From Corallochytrium limacisporum Hawaii (Eukaryota; Protista; Pluriformea), in NCBI GenBank assembly GCA_002811645.1, contig PDIP01000257.1:1-64000 (forward strand): DNA of 64,000 nt, given 5' to 3'. Positions within the stretch are counted from its first letter, which is position 1. Each line of letters begins with the position of its first letter. Below, piece by piece: positions 24,236 through 35,487 of the stretch. Below the pieces are notes generated by a model, which saw nothing but the letters and a program-made list of their open reading frames with translations, was not told where the DNA came from and did no database searches. A program made the position numbers and the translations under genes.

Positions 24236-25035
24236 GGGGGGGGGGGGGAAGGCAGGCAGGCAGAGAGAGAGAGAGTGTGTGTGTGTGTGTGGTGGAGTGG
24301 ACCCGCCTCCGAAGGCTGTGCAAAACGACGGCACACACACCGGGGGAAAAAATTGAGTTCAAAGGCCCAAAAATAAAAAAAAAAACGTGAAATCGCGAAA
24401 GGGGGAAAAAAAGGCGGCCGACAAACCCCCCCTCCCCGGGGGGGGGGTGGGTCTTTGAAGCAGGGATTGGGTAGTGAGTCAGTGTCTCTGTGTGCCTGTG
24501 TGTGTGTGTGTGTGGGTGGGTGGGTGTGCGGGTGATGACGGCAGGTGAGAGCTTTGTATCTGCGCCCTTCCTGGAACCCCTTTTTTTTTTATCTCCCTTT
24601 TTTTTTTTTTTTTTTGGGTCAGAGTGTATGTGGCTGCGCCTCATTCGTCGGGCTCCGCGGCCCGTCCCAACGATCCCGTGAAACTTAGGCACTGGTAGTG
24701 GGCGAGGGCCCACTCGGAGGCGCGGTGATCACACCCTAGAACGCACGACGGCGAGCGGCGGCCATTTCTAAGGGGCTGCTTCGTTGTTCCTTTCCTTTTG
24801 CGATGTGCCTGTATTATATCTTGGTGTCCTGCACAGTGCAAGGTACTCAGGATCAATGTTTTGAAACTATTTCGTGTTGCGCACCCATTGGTGAAGGGAT
24901 ATGGCTGCGAGCCGGCACAGTTCTATTTTGCTCTTCACTAGGAACTTGACGCTAGGAGTGTAGTTGGGCAAGGCAATGTAAGACTCTAGGGGACAAATAA
25001 CTCAGCTATACACTCAGAAGGAAACAGTGGCAATC

Positions 25036-26235
25036 ATGTCAGACTCCGAGGTGGAGAAAATGCGGGAGCACGTCCGGCAAAAGCTGGAAGAGTTCCGAAC
25101 CAAGGTGAACTTGCTGGCAAAGGAGGCAACCGAGCAATCACCAATTAAGGAGCAGAGGATATGCAACGACAAACGCAGGACGCTGTACTGCGAAATGGAG
25201 TTGTTGCGTCTGGACTATATTGAATTGTTGCCAGAGGATGTTCGTACCAGTCTGAAAGAGCTCGAAAAGGACGAGGTTAACGGTCTGATCAAGGCAGAGC
25301 AAGGCAAACTCCAGCTGCTGGCACAGCGGAGAAACTTTGTCCTGCACCGCATCCTGCATTCACTAAACTTTTTGCTAATTGCCATGGTTTTCATGCCCTT
25401 CATGATGATAACGTCACCGACCCGTTACTTACGCCGGAGATGGTGCTCTCTCACCGGGTTCACCCGGTCTCTCACGAGCTACATTGAGATTATAATCGCT
25501 CGGATGTATCTGTTTGCGGCAGGAGTTGAGTTAGACGTCGAGGGCGAGGTTAAAGAACGGAGCATGCTAATGTTCAGCCACGCCAGCAATATAGATCCCT
25601 TTGCAATGACCGCCGGGTCACGTGGCCCGGGATCTGAAGGCATCTTCCTCGGCAAGAAAGATCTTCTGTTTGTCCCTATGGTGGGCATTGCGATGTACAT
25701 TGCAGGTCATGTCTTCATCGATCGTGGCAACCTCGAAAAGGCCAAGAAAAGCTTAGACAAAGCTAGGAATTATTGCGAAAAGCATGGATTGAGCTTGGGC
25801 ATTAGTCCAGAAGGTACTCGTTCGAAAACCGGACAGATGCTGGAGTTCAAGAAAGGACCTTTCCACACACAAAGAGCCATGCAACTGTCTATCACTCCCG
25901 TTGCTATCCTCGGGGCGTTCGAACTGTGTCCACCAAAGACTGCGGGATCTCGACCAGGGGTGGTGACAGTGCGGTACCTGGACCCGATCGCGTATAGTGA
26001 GAAGGACAGCGTGTTCGATGTACAGGTAAAGGTAAAGCGGGCATTGCTAAAGAGCATGATGGTTCCTCCAAAGCGGAACGAGATGTCGCCGATTACAACA
26101 CTGCGCAGGCAACGTCAGCCATATCTGGTGTTTGCAGCATGCCTGGTTGTCATTCTTTTGTACCATGAGTACTTTGGTATCCTCACCCCAATGATCTGGT
26201 TCTACCAAACTCTTCTCGAGCTTATTGGATTCTGA
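25036..26235 (+). CDS. 1-acyl-sn-glycerol-3-phosphate acyltransferase (PlsC/LPAAT family)
   Basis: SHASNID (HxxxxD), FIDR and SPEGTRS motifs, flanking TM segments. First ATG is at 25036. Confidence 0.9.
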   Translation: MSDSEVEKMREHVRQKLEEFRTKVNLLAKEATEQSPIKEQRICNDKRRTLYCEMELLRLDYIELLPEDVRTSLKELEKDEVNGLIKAEQGKLQLLAQRRNFVLHRILHSLNFLLIAMVFMPFMMITSPTRYLRRRWCSLTGFTRSLTSYIEIIIARMYLFAAGVELDVEGEVKERSMLMFSHASNIDPFAMTAGSRGPGSEGIFLGKKDLLFVPMVGIAMYIAGHVFIDRGNLEKAKKSLDKARNYCEKHGLSLGISPEGTRSKTGQMLEFKKGPFHTQRAMQLSITPVAILGAFELCPPKTAGSRPGVVTVRYLDPIAYSEKDSVFDVQVKVKRALLKSMMVPPKRNEMSPITTLRRQRQPYLVFAACLVVILLYHEYFGILTPMIWFYQTLLELIGF

Positions 26236-26686
26236 ACGGTTTGCTCAAGTGAAGGGTGACTTCCGTCGGCATCATCAGCAAACGTGATGTACAGACATGA
26301 ATCACATAAACAGTAAAGCCTTACAAGTACATCAATCTACACCATCTCGAGGATGGAAATGCAAAGAATTGTCTCTATGCCCCGAACCGCTTCTCCAGGA
26401 CACGGCCGCCCCACACACCGTGCCCTCCCCCCGCCTTGCGCTCTCCCTTCCACGGAGGCTTGTTGGTTCTTATAGCCCACGGAAACACCCCTGGACTGTT
26501 ATCTTTTGGCGCTCTCTCCGATCATTGCCTTAGTGGCGGGTCGTGCTGTGCGTATTTCAAAGCGAAACAGCGGCGCATCACAATGTGGCTGAAGCAACTG
26601 TACCTAGCAACATAGATGTGTGACATAGATTGGAAAAAACGGAAAGAAACAAGGATACAGGTTCGAATCCTCCATAGCAGAGATAT

Positions 26687-28519
26687 ATGTCACCTTTGGG
26701 ACTCTTGGGTCGGGTGAGTCTCTCCTGGGGAGGAAAGAAAGAATCTGTATTCCGTACGGTACCACTAAGTAAAGTTCATTGGCACATTGGAAGAGCAAGC
26801 ATCATGTCAAGCACCGCGGGAAAGCGAACTAAACCAGGTGATCCCGCTGTGATCGAGATCCTCTCCTCCGACGGCAGCGAGGTAGAAGAGATACTGCCGC
26901 CACTGGCCAAGAAAGCAAGATCGGAATCGAATAAGGCACTGGACGCCAAAGAGCGTGCTCGCACAGAAGGTGGCTTCTTTCTGACAAAGGTTCAGCCCCT
27001 GAGCCCGCACCACAATCGACACAGTTTAGGGATCCGCGATCTCACCGGCCTCGAGGGACCCCAAAATGCGATCACCAAGACCTGGCAGTTCGACTACATG
27101 TTCGATCCGGAATGGCTTTGGGAACAGTTCCCACACAATGCCCGAGACAAGGCACAGTTTGTGTACATTCACGGTGAGCGGCACAAGGATCAGTTGGTTG
27201 AATTTGCCAACAGATTTGAGAAGGGGAAGATCACAATTGTCAACCCGGATCTGCCCTTGCCGTACGGTGTGCATCACACCAAGATGATGATCTTCCAGTA
27301 CGAGGACGATGGCCTCCGGGTCGTAGTTCACACAGCAAATTTGATTCCCCGGGACTGGGCACTAAAGACGCAGGCCATCTACATTACTCCGAAGCTCAAA
27401 CGCAAGCCTGCGGATGGCAAGCACAGCAAAGACAAGAGCGAGGGCTTCGGATCTGATCTGGCCAACTATCTACGCAAGTACAAACGAAAGCCAGTCATGG
27501 ATCTTGCGGGACTGGTGGATGAGTACGACTTCTCCAGCGTGCCAGTGCGGTTGATTGGCAGCACTCCTGGCTACCACCAGGGTTACGAAGCAATGAAAGA
27601 TCAGGGAATCTGCAAACTGCAAAGATTGTTGGCGCAGCACCAGAACGCCTCAGGCACAACCACCGATGGCCGAAAGTCTCAGCCTAAGACCGCATTTAGT
27701 GCATTGATGCAGAACCGCTCGGCGTTGTCGTCAGAGACTTCGACAAAGGAAGAGACCGAGAGTAAAACAGGCAACCGAGCCGACGGTACCCCGCAGAAGA
27801 CTGCGCCCTACTACATAGGCCAATTTTCAAGCATCGGATCGCTTGGAAAGAACGCAGGGACATGGATTACGTCGCAGTTTCTGCGTGCACTGAAGGGTGA
27901 GAAACCGGTCATTGCAGTGAAGGGTGGGCAATCACCACCACAGTCCAGCCCTGGAGACGAATTGCGTTTTATCTTTCCCACCGTTGAGGAGGTACGCGAA
28001 TCTCTCGAAGGCTGGGCCGCAGGTGGTTCCATTCCGTATAATTCGGGCACACGTGGCAAGCAGTTGTGGTTGGAGGCACAATTCTTCCACCGTTGGCGGG
28101 CCCGTGTGTCTGGACGGGAACATTGCATGCCGCACATTAAGACCTACGCACGAGTCAGGCCGCACACGGCGCCAACGTCGAACTCGTCCAGGGAAACTCA
28201 ACCGCATGAAATTGACTGGTTTCTAGTCACGTCTGCAAACTTGAGCCAGGCGGCGTGGGGCACGTACCAAAAGCAAGGAACACAACTCATGGTGCGGCAC
28301 TACGAACTTGGCGTTCTTGTGCATCCCAAGGCTTACCCCACGAACGTGACTCTTCGTAACCTGTACAGCACAGACTACGAGGCTCAGACAGACATGGATA
28401 TGGTTGGCGTCCCCATTCCATACGATCTGCCACCACAGCGGTACTCAACCGGAGACGAAGCCTGGACCGTGGACACTGTACGACACAGTCCGGACAGGCA
28501 CAGTCTAACCTGGGGATGA
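26687..28519 (+). CDS. TDP1: Tyrosyl-DNA phosphodiesterase 1 (alternative start 26804)
   Basis: Two HKN motifs (HHTKMM...TANL; PHIKTY...SANLS.AAWG), QFSSIGSLG, YELGV, PIPYDLPP. Confidence 0.96.
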   Translation: MSPLGLLGRVSLSWGGKKESVFRTVPLSKVHWHIGRASIMSSTAGKRTKPGDPAVIEILSSDGSEVEEILPPLAKKARSESNKALDAKERARTEGGFFLTKVQPLSPHHNRHSLGIRDLTGLEGPQNAITKTWQFDYMFDPEWLWEQFPHNARDKAQFVYIHGERHKDQLVEFANRFEKGKITIVNPDLPLPYGVHHTKMMIFQYEDDGLRVVVHTANLIPRDWALKTQAIYITPKLKRKPADGKHSKDKSEGFGSDLANYLRKYKRKPVMDLAGLVDEYDFSSVPVRLIGSTPGYHQGYEAMKDQGICKLQRLLAQHQNASGTTTDGRKSQPKTAFSALMQNRSALSSETSTKEETESKTGNRADGTPQKTAPYYIGQFSSIGSLGKNAGTWITSQFLRALKGEKPVIAVKGGQSPPQSSPGDELRFIFPTVEEVRESLEGWAAGGSIPYNSGTRGKQLWLEAQFFHRWRARVSGREHCMPHIKTYARVRPHTAPTSNSSRETQPHEIDWFLVTSANLSQAAWGTYQKQGTQLMVRHYELGVLVHPKAYPTNVTLRNLYSTDYEAQTDMDMVGVPIPYDLPPQRYSTGDEAWTVDTVRHSPDRHSLTWG

Positions 28520-28618
28520 TGTTAGTTTATTTCCGTTTGACCCTGTAAAGAATTCAAAGCAGGTTTAGTGTTTTTGCTTAAATACATCTTATATCGTTCC
28601 ATGGCCCAATAAGAATGA

Positions 28619-31600
28619 TTAACTGCCAACGCTACGGGGCGCCAGGCTCCTACGTACCTCCTCGATGAGGAGCTGACTGTAGGTTTCGAGCATGTCACGG
28701 GGCACCGCTGGCTCAGCTGCGTGCAGTACGGTCGCTTCACCAGCGGTCGCCGGTGATACCAGGAATGCACGCTCCTGCAGCGTCCGAGGTAAAGACGCTT
28801 GCAGCTCCTTCTGTGTCCGATGAATCACCCCCACTATCTCTGCCTGCGTATCAGCCGGCACATGCGCCGCGCCCAGAGCCAGCACGGATGAGAGCTCTTT
28901 AGAGGCCGCTTTGTAGGCCGCTAGTGCGTCCCTGATCGTCGACTCAGGCTTTACGGACGGGCGTGTGCGTTTCTCCGACTCCATGAGATCGATGGTTTTC
29001 GCGGCTGCACTACAGTCGTTGATTGTTGAGTTCTTCGTCTCTCCAATTGTCTCCAGCGAAGACGGTGGTGGTGGGCGTTCTGCTGGCCGAGCAGCATCCA
29101 CAACCCTCGTTGACCCATGGCGGTCCTTCGTCGAAGTGATCAGGCCAAGCTTTTCCAGACGTTCCCGTGTCCGAGCAATTTCCTCTGCGGCGCGTTCACG
29201 CCGCTCCCGCAGTCGTTGCGCATCCCTCTCAGCTTGCACTGCTGAAGCAGCCGCGATTGACGATAGCGCGGCCTGACTGGCACTCCGCTGCAGGTGTATG
29301 CTGTTATCATCGCTGTTGGGGATGGGGTTAGCGCTTTTAGCTCCGGACGGGATAGAAAACTTGCTGGACTCGGGCACGCTGGCGCGGTGTATGCCCACTG
29401 TTTCCTCGCCGACGATTTCAGTGCCGGAAGAAGCTGCCAGAACAGAGTCCACCCGTGGCTCCTCTACCCCAGTATGCCCTTCCATTGCTGCTAGCAAATC
29501 GACGCCTGCAGACGCGGGCTCCTTGTTGATTACTGAAGAATAGTACCGTGCGCTGGCACTTGGTTGGGCAGTGCTGGTCACAATTCCCGTGGTGATTCCC
29601 GTGTTCACACTGACGCCGCCAGCAGCACAGGCGGTCTTTTCATCCATTTCACTTTTCGTTGTCTTATGGACATTGCCGGCGACAACAACCGCCTCTGCTG
29701 CAGCCGCGGCTGTATCTGCGCCCTCCATTGTCGTCTCCGCACAACCACTAATTAGTTCGTCAGCGGTGACGTTATGCTTGCGGATTCCAGCTTCTGTGCC
29801 CATCTCGTCCGTAATGTCCTCCTCTACAGGTGCCTCACCATGCTGCTGTAGCATCGCAGCCATGTCCTCTTCGTTGAGCGTCACTTCGAAGTGGCCTCCG
29901 TCTTCTGGAGTTCCGGATGGGGGTGAAGCCTGCTCTGTTGAGTCGGGCACAGTCGCTGCCAAAGGAGCTGCCGTGACAGTGCCCAAGTCTTCGATTTCGT
30001 CAGGGACGAGGACGATGTCAACGTGAGTTCGTTCGAGGTCGGACGATTTGAACCGGATCCGCTCCTGGACACGTTCAGCCCATCGTCCGCGGACGCCAGG
30101 GGATTTCGGACGATTCTGCAACGCGAGAGCCAGGGCCTGGCCGTCACCGAAGTCTTCCGTTTGGCCGGTGGTTTCAAGGCGGGAGGTTGCCGGGCGCTTT
30201 TGAGGAGTGCTGCTTGATTGTGTCACGGGAGGTGCAACGGAGCCACTTTCGTCGTCAACTGCACGCTTGGCCCAGGCTGGCAGATTAGACGTCGTCAGAT
30301 TCAGCTCACCAGCTGGAGGTGGAGGCCTTGTTGGTCGCATTGACGATTTTGTGATGTCATCCGGTGGTGACCGAGAAGGGAGCTCCTGCAGTGGGTTCTT
30401 CGACGAGGGCTGATGATCCACCGCTGGTTTCACGGACGCCTGGCTCTGCTGATTGTCCTGAGGAACGGTCTGGTCCGATACCACGGCATGCGTAGTGGCA
30501 ACCTCGGGATCGTAACCTAGTGCAGTTAGCATTTGATTCTCCAGCTCGGCCATGCGATCCAGAATGGTAGCTGTGAAGGTCTCTGGTAGGCGCCAGACAA
30601 GGATGACGCCATCAGCAGACGCAGTAATCAGACGGAGACAGTCCGGCGTAAACTTCATGGCGGTGAGCAGGTCAGAGTGGCCCCGCAGGCAGTCAATTTC
30701 AGTGCCGGAGTAAAAGTCGTAAATTCGCACGAACCGATCGCTACCAGCGACAGCAACGTAAATGCCGGCGGTGTCCATTTCGACGCGGTGCAGTGCTGAG
30801 CTGCTCTGCTTCGTATCATCCTTTCCGATGCTATCTTGGTTCTGTTGTTGCCAAGAAGAGTTGCAGTTAAGCGCATCGTTGATCCCCTGGAACCGATCTT
30901 CACTCGCTCTGTTCAGTGAGGTGTCCTGCACCTCTACCAAACTGGCAGCGTAAGAACGTACATTTCGGGCACTTGCAACGTTGTAGACTTTGATATATGG
31001 ATCAGCGCCAACAGCGGCCGCATACTTGCCAGTAGCGTCCACACTCAGACCGTAGACACTACCCTTCCATGGTAGCGTGCTCTGTGAGTCGAGGTCAACG
31101 CGGTCGACCCGGGTGGTGCCTGTTTTACTGTCCTTTTTGACAGTGGCACTGAGAAGGCTAAAGTTCAGGGTATGGTCCTGCGATCCAGCGATGACGCGAA
31201 TCGTCTGTGAATGGCTAGCTATGTTCTCATTGCTGGACCCCGTGATTGGCTGCTCGCCCAGCCATAGGTCTGTGATTGAGCCCTGGAAGCCATCAAGCGT
31301 AATTTGCAATGCAGAATTCGTGCTTTGCAGTGCCGCGTCCCAGACATGCACTAGTCGATCTCTACCACCGGACACCAACAGTGACTCCAGGTCGCGGCCA
31401 AAGCTGGACTGCAAGCCGAGGTGACTGCCCCTGCTCTCCATGAAAGACAGAGTCAGTACGTCGTGTTCGTGAGCGTGGATGACGGAGTAACGCGCCTCAT
31501 GATGATGGTCAATAGCCATGGTGGCCGATTGCATGTTCGTCGCTGCCTCCATCACCTCAGTCAATGAACCAACAGACAGCACATTATTCTCGTTGATTTC

Positions 31601-33391
31601 GGTGGAATCGAATACATGGACACAACCCTTGCGATCCCCAAAGGCCAAGCGTTTGCCTCCTGCTGCGTACACACAGCACCTGGCAGTGTTGGACGATCCC
31701 ATGTACAGCTTCTGCAGGACCCGCGGAGGATTGAGTGCCTTTTCGAGCATTCCGTCACCCCAGCGACTGTAGTCAGAGCTCAGCCGCACCATGTCTAGAA
31801 GAAGACCATTTCCAACAGATTTGAGAGCCTGTGTAGTTCCTGGAGCCATTGTCGTTGAACCTCGCGAGCCCCCGCCGCCGAGGTGCTGTCCAATATTCCA
31901 GAAGCGGACAGTGTCGTCCGCACCGCATGTCATCAAAGTCCCCTCTGTGAACGGCGTCTCCCCTCCCAATTGCCGGCCTGGAGTCAACGTCCCCTCTAGG
32001 GTCGCTGGATCGTTCAAAGGTAGTGGGCACACATCCATGTCCCAGACGCATTCACTGTGCCACAGATTGTACCTTAATCGCTGGGCTCTGTTGACATCTG
32101 TGACATCCCATACGTACAGACTGCGATCGCTGTAGACGACGTTCACCTTATTCGATGTCTGGCTCAGAGATATACAAAAGGCGTGTGGATAGACTGTGTT
32201 TTGGTTCCTTCTGTGAGTCTGGACGGCCTTACCGTGGATAATCGCAGATTCGGAGCCCAGTGCATGAGGCTTTGGTAAGGTTCCGACATATTTGAGCGTA
32301 TCAGTCTCAAACAGTCTGATCACACCGTCGGTGAGCCCAACAGCAATGACCCTATCGTTCACATCAATGCTATACCCGCGCTTGGACTTCATGTCCACCC
32401 ATTTATCTAACGAATGCTCCGGCCCAAAGCAGCATAGTAGTCCAGAGTTGGTAATCGCGTACGTATTGTGCTGATCCACTTTCCCCTTGCCGCACACAAT
32501 GTCAACAAATATGGCCGTGCGGTGATTGCCTAGCAATCCTGACTTGGCTTCCAGGGTTGCCACGCGTCCTTTGTTTGCAGCTTCACGGAGGGAGGTCGGA
32601 TTATCCAAGAGTTTCTTTAGCGACCAGAATCTCACATTCTGCGAACCCGACGTCACAATGGTCGATCCGTCGCGGCTGACTGACAGAGAAAGGATCCTAG
32701 TCGCAGCCTTGCCCATGGCGACTGGTAAGGGGCTCTCAGGATTGCTTTGGTACGGCGTCGGTGTCTGCATACCACTTCCGGCCATCCTTGCTGCTGTCCG
32801 CCAGTCCCAAAGCAGTACGGATCGATCCGTACCAACGCCAGTAGACACCAAAAATCTACTGTCTGGCCCGCAAAATGCTAAATGGTGGACACCATCCGGA
32901 TGACTGAGTACCTCTGTTGATCCAGGCTGCAGCGACTGGGACACATTGCTAGCTGGAAAGTGTGACACTAGTGATCCAGAGTCCAGCTGCCAGACCATGA
33001 TATGTGAACCCTTACCAACTTCACCAACGGCAAGGAACTTACCGTCCGGTGAGAAGCAGAGTGCGTGAAGGGGTTGCGGTACTCGACTCACCGGTGACGC
33101 ACATGCTGTCGACCATCGACGGTGCAAGGACAACTCAGGAGGTACAACGTGCTGCTGTTTATCCCGTCGCGTATTATATAGGACAATGATCGCCCCTGCA
33201 GGATACGCAACGAGACCTGTGACTGAATTACAGGCGAATGATGCATTGGAGTCCGCACTACATCCAAGAACATACTCTATTTTGCATTTACTGGTTTCCT
33301 GTTGTCCCCACATTGAACCTTCGGGAAACATGGGTAGCGGAACAGGTTGCGACCGCAGCGTCGTCCCCGAAGGATTTGTAGATATTGACAT
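28619..33391 (-). CDS. MAPKBP1: MAPKBP1/WDR62-family WD40 protein
   Basis: AYPAG, FSPDGKFLAVGE, LDKWVDM, LPKPHALG, YSDRSLYVWD, HSECVWD, RDRLVHV, GHSDLLT and C-terminal LETYSQLL. Cannot separate MAPKBP1 from WDR62 (pre-duplication type). Confidence 0.88.
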   Translation of the reverse strand: MSISTNPSGTTLRSQPVPLPMFPEGSMWGQQETSKCKIEYVLGCSADSNASFACNSVTGLVAYPAGAIIVLYNTRRDKQQHVVPPELSLHRRWSTACASPVSRVPQPLHALCFSPDGKFLAVGEVGKGSHIMVWQLDSGSLVSHFPASNVSQSLQPGSTEVLSHPDGVHHLAFCGPDSRFLVSTGVGTDRSVLLWDWRTAARMAGSGMQTPTPYQSNPESPLPVAMGKAATRILSLSVSRDGSTIVTSGSQNVRFWSLKKLLDNPTSLREAANKGRVATLEAKSGLLGNHRTAIFVDIVCGKGKVDQHNTYAITNSGLLCCFGPEHSLDKWVDMKSKRGYSIDVNDRVIAVGLTDGVIRLFETDTLKYVGTLPKPHALGSESAIIHGKAVQTHRRNQNTVYPHAFCISLSQTSNKVNVVYSDRSLYVWDVTDVNRAQRLRYNLWHSECVWDMDVCPLPLNDPATLEGTLTPGRQLGGETPFTEGTLMTCGADDTVRFWNIGQHLGGGGSRGSTTMAPGTTQALKSVGNGLLLDMVRLSSDYSRWGDGMLEKALNPPRVLQKLYMGSSNTARCCVYAAGGKRLAFGDRKGCVHVFDSTEINENNVLSVGSLTEVMEAATNMQSATMAIDHHHEARYSVIHAHEHDVLTLSFMESRGSHLGLQSSFGRDLESLLVSGGRDRLVHVWDAALQSTNSALQITLDGFQGSITDLWLGEQPITGSSNENIASHSQTIRVIAGSQDHTLNFSLLSATVKKDSKTGTTRVDRVDLDSQSTLPWKGSVYGLSVDATGKYAAAVGADPYIKVYNVASARNVRSYAASLVEVQDTSLNRASEDRFQGINDALNCNSSWQQQNQDSIGKDDTKQSSSALHRVEMDTAGIYVAVAGSDRFVRIYDFYSGTEIDCLRGHSDLLTAMKFTPDCLRLITASADGVILVWRLPETFTATILDRMAELENQMLTALGYDPEVATTHAVVSDQTVPQDNQQSQASVKPAVDHQPSSKNPLQELPSRSPPDDITKSSMRPTRPPPPAGELNLTTSNLPAWAKRAVDDESGSVAPPVTQSSSTPQKRPATSRLETTGQTEDFGDGQALALALQNRPKSPGVRGRWAERVQERIRFKSSDLERTHVDIVLVPDEIEDLGTVTAAPLAATVPDSTEQASPPSGTPEDGGHFEVTLNEEDMAAMLQQHGEAPVEEDITDEMGTEAGIRKHNVTADELISGCAETTMEGADTAAAAAEAVVVAGNVHKTTKSEMDEKTACAAGGVSVNTGITTGIVTSTAQPSASARYYSSVINKEPASAGVDLLAAMEGHTGVEEPRVDSVLAASSGTEIVGEETVGIHRASVPESSKFSIPSGAKSANPIPNSDDNSIHLQRSASQAALSSIAAASAVQAERDAQRLRERRERAAEEIARTRERLEKLGLITSTKDRHGSTRVVDAARPAERPPPPSSLETIGETKNSTINDCSAAAKTIDLMESEKRTRPSVKPESTIRDALAAYKAASKELSSVLALGAAHVPADTQAEIVGVIHRTQKELQASLPRTLQERAFLVSPATAGEATVLHAAEPAVPRDMLETYSQLLIEEVRRSLAPRSVGS

Positions 33392-34837
33392 CTCTCAGTC
33401 TTTGCACAATTCTTTGAGATATGAAATATTCCGCGTTCTCATGTGTATCATGATCCCTCTCCCTTGATCTAGTCTTTCATTCTAGCGAACCAGTCTTCAG
33501 ATACTAAGCTGGATTGTCAGTTCATTAATCATAATACATACACCCAGAGCCATCAAATACCGTAACAAATCCATTGCCTGTCCATGCGAACAAATACATA
33601 CATCAGATTACGGAGCCGTTCGGACGCTGCGCGTCGCCGCGACGGACCGTGTGGGTGAGGGACGGGTCTCAGATGCCCAAAAGGCCAGTTCCCGCCAACC
33701 CCGCCCCTACGCAAAACGGTCTCCCGCGCTTTACCCTCCTCGCCCCTTCGAAACAGCCATTCAACGAATGCGGGTCCGCCTTGCTCGTCTCTCTGGTGCT
33801 GCTCGGTACATTCACGATAGGTGTAGCTCCATCCGTGTTCCGGTACATTCACTATGATTATCGCAGTGTGCGCTCCACTTTTCACACATGTCCCAAAGGA
33901 AACAGCACTCGCTTATTGACCTCAGTTGAACTGGGGGCCTATTTATCCACCTCACTCCTGGTAGACACCGCGAAAAAGTGTTCCCGAAGAGGAAACCGTC
34001 GCACAGTGGATCCCTGCCCTCCCCCTTTTGCCCCCCCCCCCACCGAGGGAACGGGGTGGCGGTGACGCAATGTCCCCATACATTGGGCCCCAGGATGAGA
34101 TTTTGTAGCAAGCAGGCCGAGCGAGAGCGAGGAAGCGTCTTAAGCTGGGTAGGAAGGGAAGGCGGGGTTTAACAGACACGGGGTGCCTCAGCTGCAAACA
34201 GCCAGTGCGAGGGAACTGAACAACTAAGAATAGACCCCCGAGGCGGTTTCAAACAACAAGAAAAGCCAGTCGAGCAGGCCGATGAATGATCGAGGTGTTG
34301 ATGGTGATTGTGCACACTCGTGCCACCGGCGCGACGACATGTCACCGGTGGGTAAAGCCTGCTATGGGGAGTCACCGGGAGTCAGTACCAAGACTTTGGT
34401 CTGCTCTTGTTAAACTTCTTCCCTGGTTGTTTGTGAAAGTGTTGGGACGAGGAGGGTGCATTGCAGCCAATCAGAGTTTGTGAACAGTCCCACTCAGCGA
34501 CACAAACCAGAGACAGACGTAAGGAATCGACATGGAGAGATGTCATCACGAACACTCTATATTCCAGTGAAGTTTGTCGAGGTCTGCTGGATGCATTATC
34601 TCTTTCCAGGCGGGGAGATTGGGTAGGGGAGTCCTATAGTGTTTAACGAAAACCAAACCCCTAAACCCCCATGTGAAGGCACGTGAAATGAGGCTTGAGC
34701 GTTTTCAAGTGCAACATTTGGTCCAATTCCGGTGCACACTTGCTGGTACATAAGCATTGACGTGGCATTTCATTTTCCCTATGATGCGCCCAAGGTTAGG
34801 TTCCATATCCTATGGCTACAGTAAGACAGTAATCACC

Positions 34838-35374
34838 ATGGCTGACATCGAATACATCAAATCTCTCGTGGCTGCCATCCCCGACTTCCCCAAACCGGGT
34901 ATTCTGTTCCGGGACATATTTCCTGTGTTCCACGACCCCGTAGCGGTGCAGAGCATTATCAATCACCTGGCTGCCCACATCCAGAAGACACACAAGGACG
35001 TGCACGCCATCGTTGGTCTCGATGCCCGTGGTTTCCTGATCGGTCCCCCACTGGCCATGGCCCTTGGGGCCAAGTTCGTGCCTGTGCGTAAGAAAGGCAA
35101 GCTTCCGGGTGAATGTGTGGACGTTGAGTACAAGCTGGAATATGGCAGTGACCATTTCGAGATGCAGAAGCGCAGCCTGAAGGAGGGCGAGAACGTCATC
35201 ATTGTCGACGATCTGCTGGCCACTGGTGGCACCCTGAGCGCTGCCAACGAATTGTGCAAGCTGTTGGGAGCCACCGTCCTGCAAAACCTTGTCTTGATCG
35301 AACTCACTCCCCTCAAGGGCCGCAACAAGGTCAGTACCCCCGTCTACGCCATGATCCAGTACGACGACGAGTAA
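34838..35374 (+). CDS. APRT: Adenine phosphoribosyltransferase
   Basis: PDFPKPGILFRDI, GLDARGF, RKKGKLPG, LEYG, VDDLLATGGT. Strong ACCATG start. Confidence 0.97.
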   Translation: MADIEYIKSLVAAIPDFPKPGILFRDIFPVFHDPVAVQSIINHLAAHIQKTHKDVHAIVGLDARGFLIGPPLAMALGAKFVPVRKKGKLPGECVDVEYKLEYGSDHFEMQKRSLKEGENVIIVDDLLATGGTLSAANELCKLLGATVLQNLVLIELTPLKGRNKVSTPVYAMIQYDDE

Positions 35375-35487
35375 GTTTGTCAACAGACTACGCGTTACGA
35401 AATTGTGTACAATATAATGAACTACTGTTCCCCATTGGCACCGAAAGTGTAAAGATCTATTTAAAGTTTATGGTGAAAAGGACCCTC

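Noticed and set aside
23355-24713. 452-aa ORF and other ORFs that cross N gaps or microsatellites
   Set aside because: Artefacts of N runs and low-complexity sequence.
26656-26672. GGTTCGAATCC tRNA T-loop/B-box-like motif (similar at 45507-45516, minus strand)
   Set aside because: No 5-bp T-stem, acceptor stem or cloverleaf can be formed.
35371-35386. GTAAGT overlapping the APRT stop, followed by CAG (possible 16-nt intron giving an alternative C-terminus)
   Set aside because: No branch site, far shorter than the ~90-nt introns seen here, and APRT is already complete.
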